The notes under the pieces: model-generated | The model's input: only the letters and a program-made list of their open reading frames with translations | What the model was told of the DNA's origin: nothing | The model's database searches: none | Program-made: the position numbers and the translations under genes | Assembly (NCBI RefSeq): GCF_963853765.1 | Contig: NC_088855.1 | Coordinates: 21,700,001-21,764,000, forward strand | Direction: 5' to 3' | From: Magallana gigas | Lineage: Eukaryota | DNA: 64,000 nt | Shown: positions 14,001 through 26,282 of the stretch, one piece after another | How the letters are laid out: each line of letters starts with the position of its first letter | Position numbering within the stretch: position 1 is the stretch's first letter

Positions 14001-15041
14001 AAACTCTCCATTCTCAAGAAGAAGAGAGATGAATTCTTCCAAAAGGCAAATTTGGAGAAAACCGTTGCTTCTCCTAGAGTTTCGCCAAGGAAACATGACA
14101 ACGCTGCTAAACCGGAGGCAATAAAGAGTGAAAAGGATGAAGAGAACAAAAAGAAATCAGCCACAAGTCGAGTGAATTCACACAATGTAATAACACCCAA
14201 AACTGTTGTCTCTCCTATCTCAACTGAAAAATCGAAACGGTCATCGATATCCCCTGCACTTAACTCTGAACTTGATGACAGTGTGCAAGCCAACAGTGTC
14301 CATTTCAAAGCAAAATTTTCACAAGGAATGATTACCAAAGAAAAGCTCAACTTCAGCTGCACCAATGTATTTGCAAGATTCCACGGAAGCAAATCTGACT
14401 TGGATGTCCACACTTCCACGCAGGGTGTGCCAATCACAAGGGCTAGACACCACTCTGGAAATGTGATCTTGCAGTCACAAAAACTTTCAAAAACCTCCGA
14501 TCAAAACCAGAAGGTAACCAAAAATAACCCAATTTTTACAGCGTCCTCTTTGAAAGACCTCTCTGTGCTGACAGACAGCCTGAAACCATACCAGACAAAT
14601 CGAGTTCACTTAACAACGGAGAAACACGTGAAAAGAGTGGAAGTTCCAGTGTCGGCTTGCAGCTTGAAAGACATGCAGAATTTCTTGGATTGCAGCAAGA
14701 ATGAAATCAAAGTGCGGACGAACAGTGATATGAATCAGCAGAGGACTCACAAGAAGGAATCGGTGACGAAAGATCAGAAACCTGGTGCCGCCATCAAAAG
14801 TGATTCCGCTGAATCTGGAGGACATTATTTGAGGAAACACACCATTAGTGCAATAGACAACGGCAATAAAAAGGCAACCTGCGTAGCATCGAAACTGAGA
14901 AAAGTAAAACAAAGATCATTAAGGTGTCGAGGACAAGTTGAAAACAAGGTGAAGGCGAGCATGTCTACAATCGCTGGTGTCAAGCGGAAAAGAAACAGTA
15001 ACGAAGAGGCACATCAACCAAAGAAGACTTGTCGAAGATAG
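11099..15041 (+). CDS. PPM1D: Protein phosphatase 1D (Wip1), PP2C family, 684 aa
   Basis: Exons 11099-11402, 11905-12092, 12520-12700, 13099-13304 and 13866-15041 total 2055 nt. Motifs: [29 protein letters not shown]-loop [36 protein letters not shown] and ADN. Confidence 0.96.
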
Positions 15042-18000
15042 TGCTAAATTTGTTTTATGTCTAGTTGTATGGTTGTTTTCTTTCTCTGTTCTTGTTATAA
15101 ACTGTCAGTGCACAAAACATCTATGCATTTGCCAAATTTTTTATTTTCACATTTTTTTAATGTCATAGGAAATTTTTTAATACTCAAATATTTCTCCTTA
15201 CAAGAAATTGAAAGGGGAAATGATTGTTTTTTCTTTCACTTTTGTTTTTATTTATTGATATTTTTTTTAACATTCAGATTGCATCAATCTTCATATTTGT
15301 AGCATATCTTAAATATCCAATAGAAAAACATCCTTTTAAATTTTAAGTTATATTAACTAAGTATTAAGAAATGTTTGCTAATATGACAACAGATGAAGGA
15401 AACATCAATATGTTATTTTTATCTAATCATTCATGGCAGCAATATCATATGTTAGTGTGTATTTTTATCAAATAATGGCACGTCATAATTTTAGTATGTA
15501 GCAATTCATCTTCATAGTTTAATCCATATGTGTGTAGAAAGAGCAATTTTTTATGAAGTCTTTAATATATGCAATTTAAAAAGTACAAACAATTTTAATA
15601 TTAAGTTTTACTTTTCAGAGTAAGAGGCCTTTTTTTTTTTTTTTTAAAGAATTCATTTGAGGTGTTTCATTTTTCCTTCTTTTGCCAATAATTTCAATGT
15701 TGACTTTTTTTTAAATGAAATTGATTTTAAGAAATTTAAGTTGTGGTTCTTATGAAATTTTATTTATTTTACACATGTACATGTTACAAATACAATTAAG
15801 TTGAATGAAATTTTTTTTAACAAAAGTTTCATGGTTTAGATAATCCTGCTCATTTAGTTTACTTATACATGATTTTTTGTTTAATGATAGATTAATTATT
15901 GCTGGGTGTTTTTTCTTTGTTAAATGCAAACCAATATCTTTTCTTGATTTGATTGATTTTGACTTTACAAGTTGTGTGCTAGGCTCATAGCATCACAAAA
16001 TTGTGTTAAATTTGTCAATCTTTGCATATAAATCGGTCCATTTTCTTTTTACTTCTATTTATGTTCTTATCCTTTTCTGAACAAATTTGATGCTTGACTG
16101 ATAGCTATTTAAGATAACATTTTATAGGTTATAACTAGTAATTGCTTGATGCTTAAAAATGTGAAAGATGTGTTTTTATTTGAAATTCCTGCTTTTACTT
16201 AAGTAGAGCTTTCTCTCTTGTTGCTTCTTCTCAGACAAATTGTTGTCTTATGAAATTTCACATTTTCTGTACCCACCAAGGAAGACAAATCTTGTATGCC
16301 TCAGGTTTCTGATGTATTATGGAATTTTGCTACATGTGAAAATTTAAGAATTAACTTTTTGCCATATTTGTTTCAGTGAAATCTTGCTTAAAGGGTAAAT
16401 CTGATAATTAGAAATAAAAATCAGATAGAACACTGATAAACGGTCTGTTGATAATACCAGTAAAGCCGTCTGGTAAAATGTTTGAATAAAAAAGCCAACC
16501 AACCTTATACTGATATGAAAAAAAAAATTTAATTGTTATTTGATGAGTAGAAAATGTAATGCAAAAGTATTATTCATTTTATGCCATTTTCAGAAGCAAA
16601 GAATATTGTACTTTGAATTGCCTTTTAATGTTGTAAATACTGATTTATGTGTACAGTGATCAGATGGTAAAATATTTTCAAATGTTCACAAGTTGAACAC
16701 TTCAGGGATTTTTTGCTTTCATGAACAGTATATTTTCATGTGAACAAATTCATATTGTAGATATATATGACAGTGATCAACAAAACCATGTACATAGTGT
16801 TGAAACAATTAAAACCTATTTTATAATGAAAACATCTTCATTATTATTATTACGGATCTTACGCGTGTAATTTCCATGTTGGTAGGCAGAGCCCTTGTAA
16901 ATGCATGGGGGGGGGGGGGGGGGGGAACTTATTCCAGTTGTGTGCATTGAATGCCATTGATTAACTTTTTTCACAGAATCACAAATAACCGCGTATTTTC
17001 ATTGAATTCCCCGTTTTAGCGGAAATGAAATCAAGAACGATATATACACAAGTGAAACGGTGTTCAATTTCATCTCGTTAATTGCGATGTTTTTCCCCAG
17101 TTTGTCATCTGTTGCCCATTCATCCGAGTTGCATAATCCGTTAATATCGTTTCCATATAGAATTGCCCATTCATAACCCATAACTGGGTATTATGTTGCT
17201 GTAATTTGACTTGAGAAATACTATGGCCGCGAACAGTAAGTGGTCCACTCAGTTTCATTAGGATACCCAATAATCAATTTTTTCCTCCAGAAAAATATTT
17301 TGACTTATTCGGGCATGATGTATCCAGAATCTGTAATGTGTTTCCAATTTTTAGCGTTTTCCCCCTAAGTCGAAAGTCTCTTTATGCCAGGTCTTTGCTG
17401 TTTATTTCTACCGGAATATTTTAAGATAATTTTTATCAGTGGATAGTGGCAACTGAAACTAAAAATAAGGTATTGGGCGTAAAACTAAGTAAGTATCTAA
17501 TGCAAAGAGCACTTATAAATGAGAACATCGAAGGAAACAGTCGACCAGTCTCCTCTTGCCTAAGGAAGTGGACGCAAGACTATTATGGCTTTTATGGTTT
17601 TAATCGATGAAATGCAAAAAAAAAAATATTAATAATAATAAAAAGAAGAAGAAATATATCATTAATTAAATTTGCAAATTACGCTGGTAAAATGCCTGTT
17701 GGAGGCGATATATAAAATAGCAAGTTAAAATCTTATAGTGCCAACATCAATAATTGATAATTTAAATATTGCAATTATAAATCTGTTCCCAGCTATGCTT
17801 ATTTTGGATAAATAAAAGATAAAGTTGATTCAGTTTCGGTATGGGTATCGATGAATTTTATGTGAACTAATCTATAAACCGCATTTCTTTACAAATAAAA
17901 TAAACATCGAACTAATAACCACTTAGTATTACAAACATATCGTAATTTTGTTATTTGAAATAAGGAATTTTTATAAATTATATTCAAAATGGTTCAATTT

Positions 18001-18200
18001 TTTATTACAACATATATACACGTGCTTTATTTGCATTACATTCAGACACATAAATAGCACATCACAATAAATATAAATAATTTTAACTTGTACACATAAA
18101 GTACATGTTATGATGAATAGCTAACTAAATACATATGAACATCAAGTTTGCTAAGACAAAGATAATCCTGTCAATCCATGTACTACTATTTGTTCACATT

Positions 18201-20455
18201 TCATAGTTTCTTGTATTTCCTCGTACAGGAGACTCCATTGCCAGCAGTCAAGACCTATAAAAGGAAGCAATCAAAGTACTGAAAGTAAAGACTGGTGCAC
18301 AGATTATACGATTGTCCTTTCAGACATATTTGATTGGTCGGATAAAATCTGCAATATGACTACTTTATTTATTTCAAAAAATCTAAATGTTTGTAAAGAA
18401 TACTACGTAGGAAAAAAGGAGACGGATTTTGATCATTTTTCCGAGGGGGGGGGGGGGTATTCGTTTTTACAGATTACGGTAGATTTTTCTTTATGATGAA
18501 ATGTTCTGAGCATCTTTTCGCCACGGCAATATTAAATTAGTCAGACAGATATGAAATGGGGCAATTTTACCATGCTTACCGTGAACAATAAAACGCTGCA
18601 TGAATATATAGGATAAAAGGTAACTAAATTTTACCTCCGTATGTGAATTTGTTAGATTTTGGTGCAAATCAAGGGATCTAGATTGTGTTTATAAAGAGTA
18701 TCAGTCAACACTTAAATATGCCAAGAACGTTCGCTATATTTCTTTCCATTTTTGAAATTCATTAATTTCCAATCTAAATTTAATGTTTCATAAAATAGGT
18801 ATAAGGGAAGACTGAATCAGTTCTTGATGAGTTACACGCAGAAAAGAACACATCAAATAACCATAACTGTGCTCGTAATTTTCAATGACGATGCAGTATC
18901 GGGCCTTTCCAAACAAAATTTATTTTATCACAACCATCTCACGTTATTACGAGTTCGAGAAATAAAATCACAAGTTCTAGATTGTATTGTATTATTTTGC
19001 AAAGGCGGCAGCTTTGCGGAAAATGGCTTCGAAGAGAAAAGTTTTCATAACTGTAAATTCGATAACGAATGTTATAAAGTAAGTTGCTTGCAGGCACGTA
19101 GCATTGGAAGAGGGCATCTGAATTAAACATACATATAAAATTTTGAATTAACTCGATCTTGCCCATCATCCCCCACTTTTTTGGGAGGATGGGGCATGTA
19201 ATAAATGGAAGGGAAATCAACAGTGAAATACATATCAAATTTGTGGTTGTTGGTTTTTTTTAATCTAACACAAGAACAATATTCCATACTATCTGCAAAC
19301 ATGTTTAAACAAGGTCTTCGTAAAGTCGATAATTATTAAACATACAGAATTTTGCTTTTCGAATAAGGAGCGCCCTTGGAAAAATTAACGTTTACCAGAC
19401 ATTTTGAGTCTTTGACAACCCCCTCAGCGGGAGGCGAACAAGTTACAAGGGAAATTAACAACAATCTTTGCTGATAGCCATATGTTCCAATATAGTAGAA
19501 AAATAAACCAGGTAGTCTAAATAACACGGCTCTCTTTGATTTATCTGTAGCAGCCATTTAATAAACCAAACCTCTCCATTTCCCTAACCCATTCCTACAG
19601 GCACGCTGCATTATTATTCAAATTCAAAGTGGAAGGCCCAGACAAAAAGTGGAAAAGTAAACTGGTAAGGTTTGCGAGCTTCATTCTCTGTCAGACTATA
19701 TAGATAGCTTTAGGAAAACCCCTAGCGGTAAATTTTTTTTAAAATGGATATAACACCCTGACCCTTCTGGCCCTCTGATCAATTTTTGCTTTGTGCCTGG
19801 TAAAATACAAAATAAAAATCATTGAATTACCAGTGCATCTACAAAAGGGAGAGAATATCTATTTGTGCTTGATTCCCTGCGTTATTAAAGCGTTCTGCAC
19901 CTACCATGGTCAATGTATTCCCAGACACTGTCCGCTTGTTGGTCGTCTCAAAGCCTGGCCCCGTCTGCTTTTCTACGAGGGTATCACCATCCATTGAGAA
20001 CACCGCCTGAAAAAACAAAGAACACCCGCCATGCCAATATTATTGGTGGCATCACAAAAAAAAGAACTTCAAAATTGATTAGTACTTTTTGTACAAAAAA
20101 ATAATCATTAGTAAAATGATATATATATATATATATGCACACACCTTAACTGGTCTTCCATCTAGGGTAGTAGTGTCAAACTCGGTACCCAGGGTGAATT
20201 TGACCTCTTTTTCACCTGCGGCTGTTGCTATCTTGAAAACCCAATCATTTCCGGAGTTGCTGATGTCGTACGTCAGTTTGGAGCCATCTCCAAGAAACTT
20301 TTGGGCATCTGCTTGCTTATCTGCATCAACTCCTTAAAAACAATTTCAAATTCATATTATTTTTTGGTGTAAATAAAGAGTTTGAAAGTTATAGATGGAC
20401 TGTCAATTTGTTTGAATGTCCGTCTGTCCGTCCTTTCTCTCATCGAAAGGGATCA

Positions 20456-20524
<69 letters not shown>

Positions 20525-23252
20525 TACATTTTTCATTATATAATATATTATTTATAACTGTAATGTGCAGTGATCATAACTAGACAAGGACTCGTATCAG
20601 GCGAGCTATTCGGTCCCCATGGTACATTACTTTTTTTTCTTGACACAGTCTTTTAGCGAGATCGACTGATCAGATATGAGATTTTTGCTGACTTTACGTA
20701 ATCAGATGGCAAACATGATATAATCAATTAGCTTCAGTTGGACCCTATTTGCACAAACTGTTTTCTATTCCTTTAGGTTTGCTTGTTATAAAATCAAATA
20801 GCTGCCAGCAAACGTCAATGATACGGGGTAATACGGGCTACGAAATTGTTGAAATCGATCTTTCCTTTTTGAAGACAAAACAAGATAAACTGCACCAAAT
20901 CCGTCAGAATCTTAATATCTATCTTTTAAAAAATTAAAAAAAAATATATGTCATTTAAATCTAGCCATATTTTTTATGTGCAAAATTGTCACAATGAAAT
21001 TTTTGTCGCATTTCAAAAAAAGTTGCCGATCGATGTTTTAGAGAAATATTGATGCAACCCAATCACATGCATAGGTTCGTGTTTCTGTATAACTGTACAT
21101 ATTTTGATGTTTTCGTGAACACTTCAATGATAAACTTTTTTAAAAAAATCTTTGCTATTATTACTCTGACCTGTTTGTTTAAATTATACACTATAATACC
21201 TGTTTTTCTTACAATTATCTTTGGCTACAAGTGTTTATTAACGTAATGAGATAAAGGGGCAAAATGGAGAGATAATTTAGATAGAAAACGTCTGAGACCA
21301 AGGGGTGCAGGTTGATTTCTTTAATTATGCACTTCTTTTAATGTCTGATATTCTTAATTGGTTGATGAATCTGGATGCAAAAAAGAAAAAAAAATTGCCA
21401 ACATCTGCAATGTGCAGGTTTCATTGCGATACAAATTCCATACGCATCGTTTCAAGCGGCCAAACAGATTATCTCGTTTTATCTTTCATCGCGTGTATTA
21501 CATACAGCGTACATCCGCTTATCTTGGCATGGTGTAAGAATTCGAAGAAATATATGCCTGTCAAACAGGAGGATTTGGAGAGGGGATGTCCAAAAGGTAC
21601 ATGTCAGTTTGACATGATCAGAATTTTCCTTAAAAAAATATACAATAATTTTCTAGCTCTCGGTTATGTCATAAAATTTCATTCTATTGGCGTTTATTAC
21701 AACGACCCAAGACTGCATACATTATTGTAACATTCTTCGAATGGGATAGGATAATATATTTTGGTCGTTCTTTGAACAGAATATGCTATATTTGTAAACT
21801 GTTAATTAAAGTTTCCCTGTAGTGATTGAGTGAATGCATGTGCAGAATTGCTTATTGTAAAAGTAAGTGATCTTTCAAGCTATCCACTGCAGACATGACA
21901 AAAGACAATTAAGTCAATCATTTAATCTATAAAAGTTTGTCAAGCGGTTTTTATCACTTGTTAAATACTCTTTTCTAAAGGGGCATGCTTTCTAAAGGTC
22001 CCGTATTTGATATCGATATCCATTTTTCCGCTTCCATTTTTCCGCTTGTGCAATATATTGCATGCTATGACAGAAATACGATCTCTCAACATGGTAGCAT
22101 GCAAAGGACACGGAACCTAATCAATGGTAGACTAATATCGCATGAATGGTTTTAATGGCATTATATACAATGAAATTTTCACCCAAATCAATTATTCAAG
22201 GCATACAATGGCATTTTTAGATGTAGATGCATGTGTGTATATATATGACCAATGTTGCAAATGGGTGGACTGGAATTCTATATTGTTCATTCATATAAAA
22301 ATGGGGATTAGAAAGACCCCAGTGATCAAAGTATCTATGGATATCAGTAGGGAATCTCCAGAGAAATTGGTGAAAGCCGCAAACATTATTTTTGTATGAA
22401 GGTCGACGGAGCGAGTTTAATTAACCCCATAGTACGTTTGTAGCGCCGGAAAAAAATGCAGGGAGCGATAACAATGCTGATATATATATACACAAACAGT
22501 AAAACTACCAGTCTCCGGTTATATACCCATAGTAGCCCAGAAAAACATTTGGCTGTTTTTCCAAAAACATGCTATCACAAAGGCATAACAATTTACGGGA
22601 AATAAGAATGCAAGCGTGTTTAAATTATCATGGTTGTTTTAAAATATTAGATTAGACAGGCATATGGTTTCTGGTTATTTGCTCGTAGTATGTAGACAAA
22701 AGACTCATGTACAGAATTTTTCATGCATCAACCTTCTTCCAACCATTTTAACTGTTGATCAAGAAATGTAATCGAATACACATGTAGGTACTATATTATC
22801 AAACTGGAAATATCCATTTTTAATCATCTTTTAAAAAATTTCAAGACCGTTTTTGGAGGAATTACTTGAAATTCACTCCGATGTATTGGAAATCAAGAGA
22901 TAGATCTCGAGAATCAGTGTTATTATATGTCTTTAAAAAAAATTAAATACAAATCAATCTAAATGTTTACCCAAATCTTACAATATACAAGCACTCTGCA
23001 CGTGTCCTTAGTCTCTATTTGATTTTATCCTTTTCATAACATCATTTGAATCACTTGTGAGTCTCTGCTTATACGAAAGAGAAATTCTAAAGATGCATTC
23101 TAAACTTGTTCAAAACTGATTTTAAAAAAAATCTAGTTTCAATCTTTATTACATGAAAACAAAAAGTGAAAAAGTAACATACCAATGGCTGTCATATAAT
23201 CACCGAAATTTTCACTGCACTCGATTTCCCATTTTCCGTTGAACTGAGCCAT
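18201..23252 (-). CDS. FABP: Fatty acid-binding protein (iLBP/FABP family), 137 aa
   Basis: Exons 23252-23183 (MAQFNGKWEIECSENFGDYMTAI), 20332-20145 (GVDADK...FTLGTEFDTTTLDGRPVK), 20006-19905 (AVFSMDGDTLVEKQ...) and 18254-18201 (VLTAGNGVSCTRKYKKL*). This is the canonical four-exon FABP layout with intron phases 1,0,0. It is missed entirely by the ORF track. Confidence 0.95.
20459..20522. repeat. (TC)n microsatellite, about 32 units
   Basis: Perfect run in FABP intron 1. Confidence 0.97.
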
Positions 23253-23288
23253 GTTGCAGCACCTATGATGAACAGACAGACAGAGTTG

Positions 23289-23364
23289 AACTGACAACTG
23301 CTATAGGGAACTTGCGCTGTCTTATATACGGACCCGTACTACGGCGCACGAAATCAGTGACTCA
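23289..23364 (-). promoter_or_regulatory. FABP core promoter: TATA box, Inr-like element and AP-1 site
   Basis: On the minus strand TATATAAG is at 23328-23321, with GCAGTT/TCAGTT Inr-like motifs about 29-36 nt downstream. TGAGTCA is at 23364-23358. Confidence 0.6.
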
Positions 23365-23970
23365 CGAATGCTGGATTTCCGATGACACTATTGAATTGGA
23401 CTTCTAGGTGTGTCAAAATCAGTAAAAATACCCAACAACACAATCCGAAGAAAAAAAATATATGCGTGTACCCTATACAGCAGTTTTTGAATGGGGCGTT
23501 GTTATTTTTTTTTTAAATTATCGTTTGGGTTTAGAATTAATTATTTTTTGAAAAACACACTGATTTCAATTGTGACTAATATGAAAAGGGGGGGTTTATT
23601 GATTACTGGTGGTTTATTAAATTGGTCGCCGAAGCTCCGAATTGGGTCACCATGCATTCCACTTCAGTGCCGTAATATTAGTTTGGATATTAAATGATTA
23701 ATTAATAAAGTAATGAAATTTAAGTCGGTCCAATGTATGTTGGCCGGGATTAAAAACATGTGTAGATGAATTTTAATTTGATTTTCATAGCTCGCTCTTT
23801 TCTCATCTAAAATAACTTTTTATTTTAAAAAAAATGCAATGCATGCTCACAAAATTGGCTCATGAAAGTGTATTTAAAAAAATAGGGATTAACTTGTAGA
23901 CTATGTATCGATCATTTCAATTACTGAATGCACAATATTCAAGAAATTTAAGCAATGCATGTCAAAATTA

Positions 23971-24178
23971 ATGTGGTTTTATCGATGATATTTTGTTGAA
24001 TACAATTTTTCGTGGATTTCGGTGTTGAATTGATCCACGAAATTAAATTTTCATTAGTGCAATATCTAATAACACATTTCATTTAAAGGATCCTTTGACA
24101 TAAATTTAGATACCCTTGAAACATCAATTTTCGTTAAAACCAGAAAATTGACTCCTACGAATGTTAATGAAACCACAG
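23971..24178. mobile_element. TA-flanked MITE of about 200 bp (CTGTGG...CCACAG family)
   Basis: Degenerate left end TA|ATGTGGTTT and right end GAAACCACAG|TA. Internal TTTCGTGGATTTC/CCACGAAA motifs are shared with the other copies. Confidence 0.65.
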
Positions 24179-25253
24179 TACTCCTTCAGGATCGAGGTCA
24201 TCTACATGCAGCTTGTTGACGTGCATGTATTTAATGCTTGAAAAATAAAAATCATATACGGTTCACTCCACGCAATGCAAGTTATTGAAAGTATTGATTG
24301 GTCAATAAATTGATCTGGTAATTGTTTAACGTCCCTGGTAGAATATTTACATTGAAATCTTGCAGTCTAGCCAAATTGATTGGAAAGAAAGGCCAAACAA
24401 ATGATTAGTTTTTGCCCGAAACTTATTAACCAGATATGGATAATGATGCTTAGTCTGTTTTGCACAACTAAAAAACAACACATTATAGAAGTTTCCTTTT
24501 GAAGATACATATCTTAGAATAAAGTTTTTTTTTCTTTCGTTTACAAACGTTCCAAGAAAATTGCACAGTTAAAACTTCAATGAACTATTTTTGTTGGACA
24601 AGGTAAATAAATAAAATTTATATGCATACTGCAGTAGTAATCGACATTGTGTTGATCTATATATAATTGTTAACATATAAAAATAAACACACATTACAAG
24701 AGGGATTGTTGTGGGGTTTTTTTTATCAGTATTCCAGCATACGATTAAAATGCGTAACAGTTATTTTTCAGTTTGACTTTCTTGTCAATAGAAAAACCCA
24801 CAGATATGGAGTTTTTGGGCCGCCCTAATCCACTTTGAAACTCATAGCCCCGTCCGTCACTTCCTAAAACACATATATTCCTGCGAAGAAGTATGTACTA
24901 TGATTGAAGTGGAAATACCCATGTGATGTTCAAGTGAAAGTTAAACTTCTAAAGCGATATATTGATTTTCATACTTATTCGACTTCCTTCCGCCACTTTT
25001 TGACAAAAGAATTTGTTGTTGTACATGTTATATATAATCTCTATAATATTAAAGTAGTTTTATGACTATGACATTTCTCATCCAAACATCTTCAAAAACT
25101 CTTAACAGATAAAAAAAGAAAAATATGCATCAAAATGAATGTTGCTTATCTCTAAATTTCGTTTTCTTTCAAAATTTCAGTTGCTATCTTAACAGCTTAT
25201 AAAAAAACCAAACGCTGCCATTTTGTTTACGACCTGTTTTTTGTCTTGCGTAT

Positions 25254-25442
25254 TCAGCATACTTTGATCACACCTTCCCCCGAAGAAATATGTGATTCCT
25301 CCTTAATATGATTACATAAATCCGCATTGTTTATTTCCACAGAAAACGTCCAAGACATTCTTTCTCCTCGTGATGCAATGCCGTCTGCACTAGCGATACT
25401 CATCTTCCCAGCATTCCACTGGAGATCCTGCTCGTCTGCCAT
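25254..25442 (-). other. Unassigned GC-richer small ORF or candidate exon, divergent from STN1
   Basis: 62-codon ORF MADEQDLQWNAGKMSIASADGIASRGERMSWTFSVEINNADLCNHIKEESHISSGEGVIKVC with a strong Kozak context (GTCATGG). A donor-like AAA|GTATGC lies at 25262 and an acceptor-like CAG at about 25498. No family recognised. Confidence 0.3.
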
Positions 25443-26239
25443 GACAAGATCTCGTGTGATGAGGTGGAGCACTGGTTGACAGTCTGCATCATGTGTTCTG
25501 TGTACTCTATAATATACATGTACTACATGTATAACACACTCGAGTTGTAATTCTAAGTTGATATGAACAGCATATTGATGAGACTGAGTTATATTATCCC
25601 ATCATTTCTTACTTTAATACAATGATCGAAACAAAATAAATTGAAATTGAAGCTAGTCTACAGCAATACTTTCATAAGAACATTGGCAAAATAATCGATA
25701 TAACAAAACAAATTAAGTTCCTTATCATATCATTTTTGAAAGAATTTAGTAACATGTGTAAAACATCAAACCATGCAAAAACAGACATAAAAAGGGCAGT
25801 AATCGTAATTTTCTTAGATGATCCTACTGGTACTGCTGATTTTGTTACAACCGTATGTAAAAGTGATTCTGAAATAAAATAAATTCATTACAATTGTAGA
25901 AATTTCTTTATCACGGCCCGATCGCTATCTTGTTACAGTGAAACATCGCGAAAACCCGAGTTCTCGTGGATATATCAATAAATTGATCAATCAATCTGTA
26001 CAAGATTTGTCATGGCATGATGACACAGGTTTATATAATTATACATGTGTTTACTTATTTGAAAGAGGGTCTCATTTGTTTCTTTCATTCCTTATTTACT
26101 TTGTTTATTAATTCATGTACTTTATATTGCCTGCCCAAGAAAATTGGCTATCCAGCCGTCTTAATATCCGGAATATTTGAATTCGCATGTATTGGTTAAA
26201 CTTTTATTGCTGTGTTAGTATTTCCTACATGATTTTTCC

Positions 26240-26247
26240 CCGCGAAA
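26240..26247 (-). promoter_or_regulatory. E2F-like site upstream of STN1
   Basis: TTTCGCGG on the minus strand, about 35 bp upstream of the ATG. A second TTTCGCG is at 25947-25953. This is plausible for a replication gene but rests on the motif match only. Confidence 0.35.
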
Positions 26248-26282
26248 GTTTGACATGGGATTGTTATTGTATTTGTTATGAG

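Noticed and set aside
13910-14912. Antisense ORFs (175 and 100 aa) in the PPM1D last exon, and similar ones within SPECC1L and SMG9 exons
   Set aside because: These are shadow frames of real coding exons with no independent splice signals or motifs.
21305-21730. Overlapping 141-aa and 80-aa ORFs in FABP intron 1
   Set aside because: No recognisable motif or splice support. Probably repeat-derived or chance.
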